DNA from: Callorhinchus milii
Taxonomy: Eukaryota
Length of the DNA: 64,000 bases
Assembly: GCF_018977255.1 (NCBI RefSeq)
Contig: NW_024704742.1
Coordinates: 30,568,001-30,632,000, forward strand
Reading direction: 5' to 3'
A program made the position numbers and the translations under genes. The notes under the pieces were generated by a model, which was given only the letters and a program-made list of their open reading frames with translations, searched no databases and had not been told where the DNA came from. Of the stretch, positions 13,820-26,739 are shown in pieces (the first letter of the stretch is position 1; every line of letters starts with the position of its first letter).

Positions 13820-14633
13820 ATAATCCTTGCTTTTGATATAGTGCCTTCTCACATTGTTGAGACATCCGAAAGCGCATCACAGAATATACTGTAAAGTGAA
13901 TTGACCGTATATTTTGTTGGCAAAGCGCGGCAGCCAATTGCACACAGCTGTGTCCCACAAACAGTCATGGATTGAGTGACCAAATTATTATTATTTAATT
14001 TTTCTTTGGAAGGGATTATAAACTTCCGAAAAGTGATTCACCAATCGACTATAAACCGGATTCCTACTTCCTACTTACAAACAGAGGCGTGTGGAGTAAG
14101 GAGTTTTGTAGCGTATTGGATAGAGCACTCACCTCGCAAGCGAGAGGATCTGGATTAGATTCACGGGCAGTGCAAACATTAGGCAAGTTTCCTTACTCCA
14201 TATGCCTCTGTTTACCCAGCAGTAAGTAGGAACCCACTTGTTAGACGATTGGCGGATCGCTTTTTTTTGAAGGGTAATAATCACTTAAAAAATTTGATGT
14301 GATAACTTATGCAGGTGATTATTTTTGCAAGGCAAAATTTTCAATCATTTTGCAAAAAAACACATTTGGTCACTCATTCCACAACTGTTTGTGGGACACT
14401 GCTGAGTGCAATTGGCTGCTGTGTTTCGCTGATAAAATATACTTTAGAGTATACAATTCACTTTACAGTATATTCTGTGAAGTGCTTTGAGACATCTTGA
14501 AGACGTGATGAGGCACTATATCAAATGCAAGGATTATTATTAAGCTCGCCTAAGGTTTCATCTGCCTGGGAATCAAAGCCAGATTCTGTCGCTTGTGAGA
14601 AAAGCGTTCTACTTAATACGCTACAGGACTCCA
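13820..14633. mobile_element. Nested family-A SINEs: + copy (~14100-14541) inside a - copy (~13820-14102 and ~14545-14633)
   Basis: The minus copy breaks at gtgtggagtaagga and resumes at ...gcctaaggtttc after a complete forward copy that ends ggattattattaa. Confidence 0.8.
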
Positions 14634-15169
14634 TATTCCAATCATACAAGAAAATCCTGGTCATGAACCACCCGTGACCTGCTTGGTGTGCAGTTTTTAA
14701 CCAAATACAAGAGGATATCTGGAAATCCAGCTTGCTTCTGGGTCAGTCGAAAATATCTCAGTGGAACCAATTTAAATGACAGCTGCAGTTATTCACCATA
14801 TTTTTCCACTAAAAGGTTGATTAAGGCTCATTTTACCAGTGGCTGTTTTGATTACTCAAGCTTTCTACCAGGCAACATTAAAAGTAATAAAATCATGAAG
14901 TCTCTCTCCCCCCCACCCCACACCATATATTACTATTGTATTGTGCTGCTAGCCATGAGTGCAGTCGTGTGCATCTTAATTCAGTTCACGTGCATTTCTT
15001 CTGATGGCGATGGCTTACGAATGCACAGGCAATCTCCCCGGCTTTTTTTTTCTTGCTCTGTTTGCTGGTAATTGGGTCATGAGCTCCACAGTTCATTACA
15101 CTCACCATCAAAGCAAATAGGATTTTTAAGTCCAGCAACTATTTTGGAATTCTGAAATCTCTGGTGGGT

Positions 15170-15362
15170 TGGAGGGGAGAGAGGGGGGAGGGAAAAGAGG
15201 GAGAAGTGGGGACGGAAGGGGGATTTGAGGGGGAGAGGAAAGAAGTAGGGGAGGAAGGGAGAGTGTAGCGGGACAGTGGAGGAGAGAGAGGAGGGACTGG
15301 GAGAGGGGCATGAAGTGGGAAGGAGTGGAGTGAGGAGCAGGGAGTGGGGAGAAAGGGAGAAA
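15170..15362. repeat. Polypurine (G/A-rich) low-complexity tract
   Basis: Almost exclusively G and A on the + strand, with many GGG runs. Confidence 0.9.
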
Positions 15363-15924
15363 GTTTTTTTTAAATGAATCAACCTGTCGATGATACCAGT
15401 GGAAAATTACAGGTGCGTTTCCCACTCAGCCCTTTTAGAAGTGTAAAAACTTGCACCACTTTGTCTTGAATTTGAACTGTGGGAATGCTATTAACATGGC
15501 TCAGTCTCTCTCTCTCTCTTACATTCTTTGCAGCAGTGAGAGGCAGTGTCTCCAGATTCAGTGGTATCAGCTCCATCATCTTTCACACTTTATCTGGGAT
15601 CCAGATTTCAGCACCTGGATTTTAAAATTTTATTTTTACAATTCACTTTACAGTATGTTCTGTGAAGCACTTTGAGACATCTCAAAGATGTGATAAGGCG
15701 CTATACCAAATGCAAGAATTATTATTATTATATCCTGACATCAGTTGGGGCAAGTGGAGGAAAGGGGAGAAATGAAGACTTGTACTATTAATTAAGTGTG
15801 GGCTTATATCCCAACACAACTTTATCATCTTTCTCTTTCTACGCTGTACACATATAAGTCATTCCACTCCAGTAACAAGCAGATTTGTCACAAAAACATT
15901 AAAACCCGATGGGAATGGTGTTAC

Positions 15925-15988
15925 AGTGCCTCTCTCCATAGATGCTGCCTGACCTGCTGCGCATTCCCAGCAACTTCTGTTTTTATTA
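15925..15988 (+). mobile_element. Penelope-like terminal repeat fragment
   Basis: ctccatagatgctgcctgacctgctg...cccagcaacttctgtttt; a second, inverted copy lies at 44884-44975. Confidence 0.55.
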
Positions 15989-17710
15989 GAGTGCAATGCC
16001 GTACACAAAATAAATAAAACAGGAAAGACAGTGGGAAGGAGGGAGGGGGTTACTATTTAGTATTCAGTGAGGCTGGAATCAACTTTTTGAAACACAATTA
16101 AACTCATAAGTCATATCAGTCGGGAACATAACATTTAATGACTTGTGTGAAGTCTGAGTTGCAGGCAAACTGTATAAGTAGTACAAAAGCCGATTTCATC
16201 AATAAATTTGATGGTAAGTGTGTATGCAGTAACAGGTCAAGACTACATTTCCCCCGATTCAATGCATCTTGACCAGTCACCATATGCTCATTTAGCAGCA
16301 AGCGTTGGAATTGCATTGACTGGCAGTAAATGAAGTTCTTCTGCACATGTTTCGACATATCAAGACGGATAGGAAACTGAATGGGACTCTGGTGCATAAC
16401 CAACTTACTTGACAGCGATTATACGATTTACACGGATAAGATTTGTGTGAGCTTTACCTTTGTGCTATGAGCTCCCTCTCCCTACCAGACTCCCGGTCTC
16501 TCGCCCTCCCGCATTCCCCCCCCCCCTTCCCTCTCTCCTTCCACCATTATGATGGATAAATGTCGCTCCCATGCCCAAGGGGGTTGAGAGGTGGGGAGAG
16601 GCAGTCGCTGGATGGCTCCATCCTCCATACGGTGGGCATTTTAATCATTCAGAGAAGCTCACCCACCAGCATGATCCAACGCCCCAAAAATAATTCAGCG
16701 ACTGAAACTGTGGATTAAAAACCTAAACACAAGCAACATTTTAAAAGGGTTTGACGTTTCTCCTGTCCCAGATAAACTCATGTGAGGCACTTTGAGTCAT
16801 CCTCGCAACGTGATAGCTGGCATATCAAATGCAAGGATTATTATTTTATCATTCGATACTACACTTTACAGTACAATCTTGTGAAATGCTTTGAGACATT
16901 CTTCCAACATGAAAGGGGCTTTACCAAATGAATGGCTTATTATTATTTAATATTATTACTGCCTGCCCCATCTGCAGATTAAAGATCCCATGGCATTATT
17001 CGAAAAGTGAAGGGAGTTTCGCTCCCGGTGTCCTGGATAATAATCCTCAAATAAAATTGGCTGTTAGTTGGACATTGGTGAGCGCAAATTGGCTGCCGCA
17101 TTCACCTACAAGATACACAGTCAATTCATTTTACAGTATATCCTGTGAAGCGCTTTGAGACGTTTCAATGTGATAGAATTATTAATATTATTAACAACTC
17201 CCTGCCTCCGTTCAGCACTTGCATGTAGTCAAATCATCCCTGAACCAGACTGTAGTATCACAACTATACACAGAATATGGAGTAAAAACTGAATATTTTT
17301 ACAAAACTAACCAGCTCTCGTGCTACCAATGGTTTGTCAGTCAAGCTGTGCACTCCACAGCCAACAGACCCGGAAGCAGATCATATCACAGCAGGATTCA
17401 CACTGATGGGTTTGATCTAATCCAAGTACTAAGACCAGTCGATATTTGCAATTGCCATTTACAAAATATGAAAGCCCATGGTCTTACCTGGGTTGATGGG
17501 GAGGCATTACATCCTGAGCTACACTCTGACACAAATCAGGACTGCTGGATTTAAATGAAAACAGCACTCATGTGCTGTGAGCACGTACATTACTAAAACT
17601 ATTCAGAGATCAAGTACTGCTGATCCAAGTTTGATCAACAGAATTTCCAAATGCTGTTTAATGAAGGCTCAAGGCACGGTATAATCAACACAATGATGTG
17701 TAATACCCAG

Positions 17711-17995
17711 TGTTTGTGTGTGTGTGAGACTGTGCAATCCACAGTGTGTGTGTGTGCATGTGAGTGTATATGCGTGTGTGTGTGAGACTGTGCAATACAG
17801 TGTGTTAGTGTGTGTGTGAGCGTGAACGTGTGAAAAAGTGTGTAAAGGGGTGTGTGTGTGTAAAGGAGTGTGTGTGTGTGTGTAAAGGGGTGTGTGTGCG
17901 TGTGGAAAAGTGTGCATGGAAAAGTGTGTCTGTGTGTGTAAAAGTGTGTTTTTAGGGAGACTGTGCAAGTGCGAGTGTATATGTGAGCACGTGAG
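17711..17995. repeat. Degenerate (TG)n microsatellite
   Basis: Interrupted tgtgtg runs just downstream (in gene direction) of the 45-nt exon donor. Confidence 0.9.
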
Positions 17996-18025
17996 AGAAG
18001 GAAAGAAATTCACATCTCATCTTAC

Positions 18026-18070
18026 CAAGGCTGAATTCCAATTTGGGCTCAAATGGAACAGGGTCAATAC
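18026..18070 (-). CDS. INPP4B: INPP4B 45-nt exon (phase 1 to 1): (S)IDPVPFEPKLEFSL
   Basis: tttgtctcatttcag|GTATTGAC...AGCCTTG|gtaaga. Matches human SIQKTPNEPQLEFIL in length and in the EP.LEF.L motif. Phases fit both neighbouring exons. Confidence 0.92.
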
Positions 18071-18964
18071 CTGAAATGAGACAAAACAAAGAACTTTTTA
18101 AAATTAAGTTTTCTCTCCCCTAAACCCACTGCTAAGAAATTGTTCATCTCCCAGTGCAGGGTAGATACTGTGAGGCTCTCCTGCCTCCAACCCCCCTCCC
18201 CGAACCTCCATCCTATCAGTGACCTTCCCACCTTCAGCAAGCTTCCAAGGTAAGAAAAAAACTGCAGTAGAGGCAGAGGCATCATTGTTCCAGCTTCTGA
18301 TAGGAAATCAATCAATCAGGCGGAGGTTGGGGGAAAGAAAACATTTATAATAATAATCCTTGCATTTGAATAGCACCTTATCATGTCATTTGAGATGTCT
18401 CAAAGCGCTTCACAGAATATACTGTAAATTGAATTGACTGTGTATTTTGTGGGAGAAATGCAGCAGCCAATTTTGCACAGCAGTGTCCCACAAACAGTTA
18501 TTACTTTTTTGGAGGGATTATTACCCCCATAGATGAATCCGCCAATTGACTAACAACCAGGTTTTAGGGTCCTGACAATGTTTCTTTTGTTATAAACTAA
18601 TCTTTACTTTTAAACTAATCATTACTTTTAAACTAACCTTTAGTTGTAAATACGTTTTTAGTTATAGTTTAGTGTGTAGTTTGCATGCAAATATGCAATC
18701 ACTATGCTTCATAGTAAATCATACAAAGCGCTTTGAGACACTCTCCTGAGATGAAGGCTGCTATATAAAATGCTTGACTTATTATTATTATTACAGAACT
18801 ATTCTTTACTTGTGTTGCAATAAATTGCAAAGACACTTCTCTGATGTCAAATCTCCTAGTTCCCTCACTCCCCCCAGTCCCCACCTCCCTCCATTTCATC
18901 TGGCCCATCTGCTCCCTCCATAACCCGTTAATGTTATGTTTCTGGAAGGGAAACACAAAAGGTA

Positions 18965-19039
18965 TTGCTTATTTGCGGCCTGTGGGCGTTTCTCAAATAG
19001 GGCATTCGGCCCTCTAAAGCCCAAAGGTTGGACCACCTG
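18965..19039. mobile_element. Terminal fragment of a hAT/Charlie-like DNA transposon
   Basis: gcggcc...cggccctc...aaaggttggaccacctg; the reverse complement CAGGTGGTCCAACCTTT resembles Charlie TIRs. No partner end found. Confidence 0.5.
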
Positions 19040-20406
19040 CTTCAAATGCTAGTTTTGTTCAAAATAAGAATTTAAAAGAGGAGTGCTTCTTTTTAGGGTC
19101 GTACACCCACAATTGGAAGAGTTCCCAGAGGGAGGGAGCAAGCGAGGAGGGAGGGAGGGAGAGAGGGAGGGAGTCAGGGGCACTTATGGATGGAGTTCCA
19201 GAGAGCAAGGCAGATCGGCTGAAAGCTCAACCACTGACGGTAGGCCAATGCTCGCTGAGCGGCCGGGTTGGCAGGGTTGAAAGAGGTCACAGGGTGGGGC
19301 GAGTTATACCAAGTTATATAACAGGCAGCAATTGGACGGGTGCCTGTAGAGTTGCTGCAGCTATACTGCCTGCTCTGAAAGGCTTTTGCCCAGGGTCGAG
19401 CAGAGCAGAGCAGAGCACCGCGCTGGAGCAAACCGTGCCCTGTGCACACAACACTCTGCCAACACCCGCGAAACAAGATGTTTTAACACTACTGAGAGCC
19501 TGGATAAGCACCAAGAACCTGATCGTGGCCCAGAGCCTCGCAAGCATCATTTATTTAGCTGTGTATCAGCTGTAGACAGACAGACTGACAGACAGACTGG
19601 AGTTACACTGCAGAGGCTCACAATGGTTTAAATGTGAAAGGACCAGAATCTACCTCCTTGTGGTGGTTTTGTGAGCTGCAACTCTTCACTGAAAGCAATA
19701 TCCAGCAACAGCTACACCACGGTTGCACAATACTTTCAGCGACGAATCTTCATGGACAGCTCCCGGCGATCAATGCAAATGGTGCAGAATAACTCCAGGA
19801 CTGACCCTTCCTGGGACACGCACTCAGATTTATTTGGGGATTTGGGGAATCAAGTGCCAATGGATACAAATTCAGTCACAAACTAAAATAAAACTTCCAA
19901 GCGCGGAGTCACCCGTTAATTCAGGCGTCAATGCTTGGGGCTAATTAATGAGGCTTCAGCACTTGGCATGTGAGAGGGCACTGGTGGAGTTAACGTTTGA
20001 TAAAAGCTCAGCCCACACTCATTGCTTTGGCAGAAACACTCTCAGGTGAAGAACGATCACAAGCAAGTTGCACTTCTGAAAACAATAATTTAATCGGAGG
20101 CTTTGTGCACCGTACAGTGAGAGTCAAGTGCGGTTACTAGAGGCCAAACCAAATTGTGTAAAAAAAAATTATCTGCGAGGTAAAAGTAATTTGAGACAAA
20201 TTTGGCTGAATTCAATCAGCAGCGGTAATTGTCAGGCATAACTGCAGCCTCGTAATTTTTAATTTGATTTCAATGCTGAGATTTTTTTTCCAATCAGTTC
20301 ATAAATCAAATTGGAAATATACTACCCACAACCCCCACCCCCTTTAGGCACTTTAAATGTTTTTTTTATTTCAAAGCATTCAATGCAACGTTTCTGTAAA
20401 TCTTAC

Positions 20407-20619
20407 TTATCAGTGGAAAGGCTGTCTCTGGCAGAGCGAGTGTCTGACGGGTCTCATCTGGGCTGGTGTTCTCTCCGATTTCCATGATGAGTTGCTGGAG
20501 GTGTGCGATCCTCCTTTGCAAACCTTCGGAGTTTGCTTCTTGGAGAGCTGCAATCCAGTCCCCACAGTCTGACTTTGAGACGGCTTCAAGATAAATGTCT
20601 GGGTCTCCACTCTGAAAAG
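20407..20619 (-). CDS. INPP4B: INPP4B coding exon (213 nt, phase 1 to 1): PH C-terminal helix plus the region equivalent to the mammalian N-terminus (MEIGEN...)
   Basis: gtgcag|CTTTTCAG...CTGATAA|gtaaga; lies within ORF 20366..20629. MEIGENTSPDETRQTL is positionally equivalent to human MEIKEEGASEEGQHFL. Upstream YLEAVSKSDCGDWIAALQEA carries the conserved PH-domain Trp helix. Confidence 0.88.
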
Positions 20620-21289
20620 CTGCACTCACAAAATCATTTAAATACCCTCAGTATTCACAGTTCTGGAGAAATATATACATATATCTCATATATATTAAAA
20701 AAAATCACCGACAGGATTGATGCAGTACACAGTCTGAGCCATTCATCTTCCCTGCCAGGTTTCACACACCTAACACTGTCCACCTCGGTAAAAGCTCTCT
20801 CTGCCGCTTTACATTCAGTGTGCACTTTCTCCCGGCAGCACAGCAGTCCCTAAAGCAATTAATGCGTTGCAAAACTAGGTGGCAGAATTATCAAGAAGAA
20901 AAAAAGGAAGCTACACCCACAGCTTCTGCTCAGGCAGAATCACTAGCGTCCACCTTCTAAGGATACACATAGCAACTGTGCTAGGCAGGATTCTGACAGA
21001 AGGACCACTAGGGTTTACTAAGGTGAAAGCTCCCATCCTTCAGCTAGGAGAACCCTCACCAGAGCATTGCTCATCAATTTCTGGTGATAACAGAGCATAG
21101 CACAACTTCTTTACCACCAACAAGTGATAGGGCGGGGGCAGTGATGGGGGAGGGGGTTCAGGGGATCGAGACAGCTGTAAGAGAGGAACTAGTTAGACAC
21201 TATCGCACCCAATAGCATCAGTAGATATTCTCCCAGAGGGTATCTCAATTGATATCATTGATAAAACCTTTTCCCACGCCCCCCTAGGT

Positions 21290-21978
21290 CAGGAGCATGC
21301 TTGTCTGAGTCATAAAGTTGTGGGTGCACACTGAATGTTAAGCCCCACATCGGGAGTTTGAACTCAAAGTCTAGCCTGGTACTGCAAGACAGTGCTGGGG
21401 AACACTGCATTGGTAGAGGAACCATCCTTAGGATGAGACATTAAATTGAAGTCCCGCGTATTTGTAAATAAACATGGCAGCCAATTTAAACACAGCAATG
21501 TCCCCCAAACAGCAATGAAATAAATCATAAATTTTATTTGAGGGATTGTTGTCCAAGACACTGGGAGAAACTCCCTCTTCTTTTTGAATAGGGCCATAGG
21601 ATCTTTAACATCTACCTGAACAGGCAGAAAAGATCTCAGTTTAACCTCTTATCCAAAGGACACTGGCTGACAAAAATGCTTCTAGACTTCAGGTTTAAAT
21701 TCTGAATCCAATTTTCTGTGGGTTCTTTTAAAAAGTACAGAAAAACAGATCCCAAATTAAAACTGGATTTATCAGCCTGGCTCAATTGGTAGCACTTTTG
21801 CCCGAGTCAGAAGTTTGCAAGTTCAAGCCCCATATTGGGACGTTGAACTCACATACTCTATGCTAACACTCCAATGCAGTGCTGTGTGAGTGTTGCATTA
21901 TCGTTGATGCTGTCTTTTGGATGAGACGTTAAACCAATGTCTGCTTGTTCCGGTGGATGTTAAAGATTCCATGGCATG
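21290..21978. mobile_element. Cluster of Deu-SINE fragments in both orientations
   Basis: Deu core ggatgagacattaaa near 21430 and 21920 (+), and a reversed body at ~21460-21670. Confidence 0.7.
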
Positions 21979-22431
21979 TGGAACTGAAAGGATTGCAGAG
22001 CCTCAGCACATCCTTGAAATGAAAGCTGCTAATAAATGCAATTTGTTGTTGACTGAATCTATTGCTCTTGAGGGAGCCAGATAGACACATGTGATGGGTT
22101 AAAAGGCCTTCTTTTGTGCTGTATGTTTCTGTGGTTCTATGGTTCTAGAAATACATTTTATTCTAACTCCTCTAATTTCCCCAAATGCAATTAGTATCCA
22201 CAGCAAAGAACAAGAGCGTTAAAGGTTCTATCTCCCAGATCAGACAAAGTGCACATATACTTCAGCTTTGCTCTCACTATTTCTGATCCCCTCTGAACCC
22301 AACAACTGGATTACAGCCTTGTAATTTACTCCCAAAGATCAATATTTCTCAATTGGTTGACTTCTGTATGTATTGTTATTTACAGGCGATATAGAAACTC
22401 GCAGTAAAGAACCCAGAAACACTTTGCAACA

Positions 22432-22857
22432 TAAATAATATTGCATTTAATATCACACTTTATTATGTCGTTGTGATGTCTCAAAGCGCTTCACAGCTTT
22501 TTACTGTAAAGTGCAGTGACTGTATTTGTAGGTGAATGTGGCAGCTCAATTGCACATAACAATATCTGACAAACAGCCATACAGTGAGTGAGCAATTTTA
22601 TTTCGGGTCTGCTAGCCAGGACACCGCTAGGAGAAACTACCTTCTCTTTTCAAATAGTGCCAAGGCATGTTTAACCACCTGAACTGCCAGATGGAACCTT
22701 GATTTAATGTCTCATCCAAAAGACAGTATATTCGACAATGCAACATACCACCAACACTGCATTGGAGTGTCAGCCTAGACAAGTCTTGACGTGGGGCTTG
22801 AAATCACAATCTTCTGGCTCAGAGATGAGAGTGCTTCCAATCGAGCCAGGCTGACAC
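22432..22857 (-). mobile_element. Near full-length Deu-domain SINE
   Basis: Reversed tail, Deu core and tRNA head (gtcagcctggctcgattggaagcactc). Confidence 0.8.
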
Positions 22858-24821
22858 AATACCCACAAAAATAGTACTAGTGTATTCAATCCCTTTATCT
22901 TCGGAAAGGTCTGTGGGGAATATGCAAGCCTCTAACTACCAAAATTAAATTTCGTACAGAACTATAAAATACAGAATGGAGAAAAGATTTCCAACAGCAC
23001 TGAAGGCATGATATCAGAGCCAACAGTGAAGTCAGATGTAGGTTTTTCACTTATTCACACTAAAAATTACCTTCCTGACTACTGCCGAATCCCAAACTTT
23101 GAAATTGAATAGAGAAGCAAACCTCAAGCATTCGGACATGCTGTTTGACATCAGTTCCAGTTCCTATAAATACACATCGCTACACTTTGCAGCATATCCA
23201 GGGAGGCGTGCTGAAATGTTCTGACGACGTCATGATAAATTGCTACATCAAATGCGAGGATTATTATTATTATTTTGAACAAATACCATTATTATGGAAA
23301 TGATCATTAGCCCCATCCCCTGGCTGCAATCAAACATCAACGCCAACAGAGTAACTAACTGTGACCTCACTCACACTGGGAATCTTGGCAAAATGAACTG
23401 ATTGCAAAGTCTATTGCGGATTTCAAGAGGGAAGCAGACAGATATACGAAGGAGAGAGGCTTGAAGGAGTAAGGGAATAGGGTAGGATTCAATGAACACA
23501 CTGTTCTGAGAGTGGGTAGATACTCAGTGGGCCAAATGTCATCCTTCTGTGCTATACATTTCTATGATTGGATTCACACAGGAAACCACTGCAGTCAAAT
23601 AGTCAGCCTAAGGCATATGCAGATTCATTCCTGCAGCGTTTGCTATTTACATTGCTGTGCGTGAATTGGATTCCACGTTTGCCTACAAGATACACAAGTC
23701 ACTACACTTTACAGTCATTCCTACAAAGCTCTGAGAGATGCCTTCTCTGTGTAAGGCACTATATCAACTGTAAGGAAATATAAGGATTATACTAATATTT
23801 TTTGCAAATTCACATGTCACCTTCAGCCTGCTTTTATATCTACTAAATACACCTGTCATTTTGGATTGATTTATCAATGTAACGGAGCTTATGCTGTTAA
23901 AAATCTAAATGTTTGGTCGAATTCTGTTCCATTTTTTATTTAGATAATGCATACTTTGACAGGATTTTTTCCCCCTAAAATAGCTTAACACAGGATGCTG
24001 TGACCTTTTCATCTTTTCGTCTCCGGAAGCTTTTACTCAACTGATAGCACTCCAAATCTTGTTACACAACTTGTCCTAAATGTTCAGAGAGATAGGAATG
24101 TCATTCGACATTTTTGTTTAGAAAGAAAATCATTTACTGATAGGTTAATATTGATCTTCATAAGATGTAGTGATGGAAACACTCATATTTGGTATTGCAC
24201 AGCCATGAACTGTGCTGCAGGATTATGGATCTGCCAATGACATTTGACTTCTTCTATAGAAGACCTTCATAGGATTTACTGTAAGTGAAGTGACTGTGTA
24301 TTTTGTAGGCAAAAAGTTGGGTTGCTTGCTGGTTCGCCCACAAATATACAGTCACTACACTTCACAGGAAATCCTGCATTGCGTTGAGATGTTTTGACAG
24401 CGTGATAAGTCTCTGCATAGAACGTAAGGTGCATTTATAATAATCTGGGCTGATGCACTGAGGGCACAACAACAGCACAGATGCACAAACAGTGTCGAGG
24501 GGATGTCAGCAAGCCCGGTCACACAAGGGTACAATGTTTGTGCTGTGCTGCAAGCACACATCCTGACACAAAGGCACGGTTGCCAGGTGACTCCGTGTGA
24601 TGAGACAGATAGAGAGACAGATGTCCTTTNAAAAAATGTTTCAACTGCTTTTAATTTATTGCTGCTCAAGAACCTACAGCTCCTGCAGCTGGCAATTTTT
24701 TCATGGATTCTCTTCGAACTTTACTTCTGAACAAATAAACCTGCTCTAGGTTTTGCCTATCTTCGCACTAAAACCACCATGGCTTTCGCCAAAAGTATCA
24801 GCGTGATTCAAAATAAATAAT

Positions 24822-25170
24822 ATAATAATAATAATCCTTGCATTTGATATAGTGCCTTATAAAATCATTGAGATGTCTCAAAGAGTTTCACAGAACCTAC
24901 TGTAAAATGAACTGACTGTATTTTGTGGGCGAAACACAGCAGCCAATTGCACATAGCAGTGTCCCACAATTCAGTGAGCAAATTATTATTATTAAATTTT
25001 TTTGAAGGGACTTTTACCCCAGAAAGTGAGGGGTTCCTACAACTGGGTTCCTACTTACTGCTAAGTAAACAGAGGTGTATGGAGTAAGGAAACTTGCCTA
25101 AGGTTTCGCCCTGGCCGGAATTGAACACGGGTCCTCTTGTTTGTGAGGCTAGTGCTCTAATAGTGCTCTA
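24822..25170 (-). mobile_element. Family-A tRNA SINE
   Basis: (aat)n tail, shared body, ggagtaaggaaacttgcc and reversed B box ggaattgaacac. Confidence 0.85.
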
Positions 25171-26739
25171 ATCTCATTTCAATTGTCAAATTATTTGTTT
25201 GGATCAAAAATAATTCAATAATTCAGCTCCATGCAGGTGTGTTGTATTGCACAATTTAAGAGCTGTAATGCACCGTAATACAGTCTATTCCCATACAAAT
25301 TAATGACACAATCTAATGACACAATCTAGTTAAACCTAGACTCAGCATCTTGGGTCATTGCTTGTGACATGCCAAGATTGGTGTGTTCAATGATGTGGGG
25401 AAGCATTGCATTCTACAAAATCAAAGAGATTTACTCAGGCTATGTAACTGAAGGGGACAAATGGCAAACAACATCTATATAGAAAACAAACAGACAATAA
25501 AACACAATGGTGCAGCAAATGTGATTGCACAATAAAAGAAATGTCATTAAAAAGAGACAGAGCCACAGAAAGACAAGTGTGACAGGCACTCAGATATTAA
25601 TACTGCAATATCTTTGGTCACTCACTTCATGGCTGTTTGTGAAAAATTGCTGTGCACAAATTGCCTACCATGTTCACCTACAAATACACAGACATCCACT
25701 TCACAGTAAATATTGCAAAACACTTTGAGATGGTTCATTGAAGAGATAAGGCACTAAATCAAATGTAAGCTTTAGTATTACTGTATCTCCAGCACTGCCA
25801 CAGTGCCCGCAAAGGAATTTGTATCTGGAGTGAAGAGGCAAATCTATAACATGCACGCATCAGCGAGTCATGCACTCTTCTGCGTACCAGTGAGTCAGCA
25901 GTGGGTGTATTGCACTTGGTTTGAGGCAATAGACCAATGCAATAACACAGGACACTGGAAAAGGGCTCAAATGAAAGGCGATGGCTGATTCCGAAGTTTC
26001 ATCGAGTTATGGGGGTCAGTCACTGAGCCAAAGGGCTCAATTGATCCCATTGGAAGTAAGACTAAATGAGAAGGGTTTCAATGACTTAAAATCTCAAAAG
26101 AACTAACAGATTTAAGGTATTTAAAAACAGATTTATCCACTGAGAAATCCTCAAGTTCGGGAGAGCCGATTGGTGGGAACTCTGATCGAACTTTGTAAAG
26201 TGGGATTCTGTTGAGTGTTTAATGTCTTTAAAATTAACAGTTGAGTCCCTATTGCAATTTATTATCAGGAAATCTGTTAAGAAATAGCTCAAAGTTGACC
26301 CCACAGTGGTCATGTGGGGTCAACTTGGTTTGTATCTCTGTAACTTACAACAACAAACAACAAAATTACATTTGTATAGCGCCTTTCATGTCGGGAGGAC
26401 GTCCCAACTTAAGTGAGATGATCAATTCATGCGAACAGCTGTTCAACCATTGAAGATGTTAGACCATTGAAGGAAAATACAGTGTACAAAATAAAGGAAC
26501 ATGCAACAGCCAGGGTCTAGGCAATTGGATGGAGGGAGGAATGCATAGATGTGTGAATGGGTGGAAGGTATATGTGTGAGGTATATCCTGCTGCAGCAGA
26601 AACAAAAAAGGGAGACAACAGAAAATAATCACAGAAAAGTTCAAGAAAAATAGTTTGAACAAAAAAAAGCAGCGGGAAGAAGCGATGAGAAAAGAGACCC
26701 AGCCTGAGGCGTCTAACTGTAAGTCATAAATATTATTTA

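Noticed and set aside
24630..24630. Single N base
   Set aside because: Assembly ambiguity or contig join, not biology.
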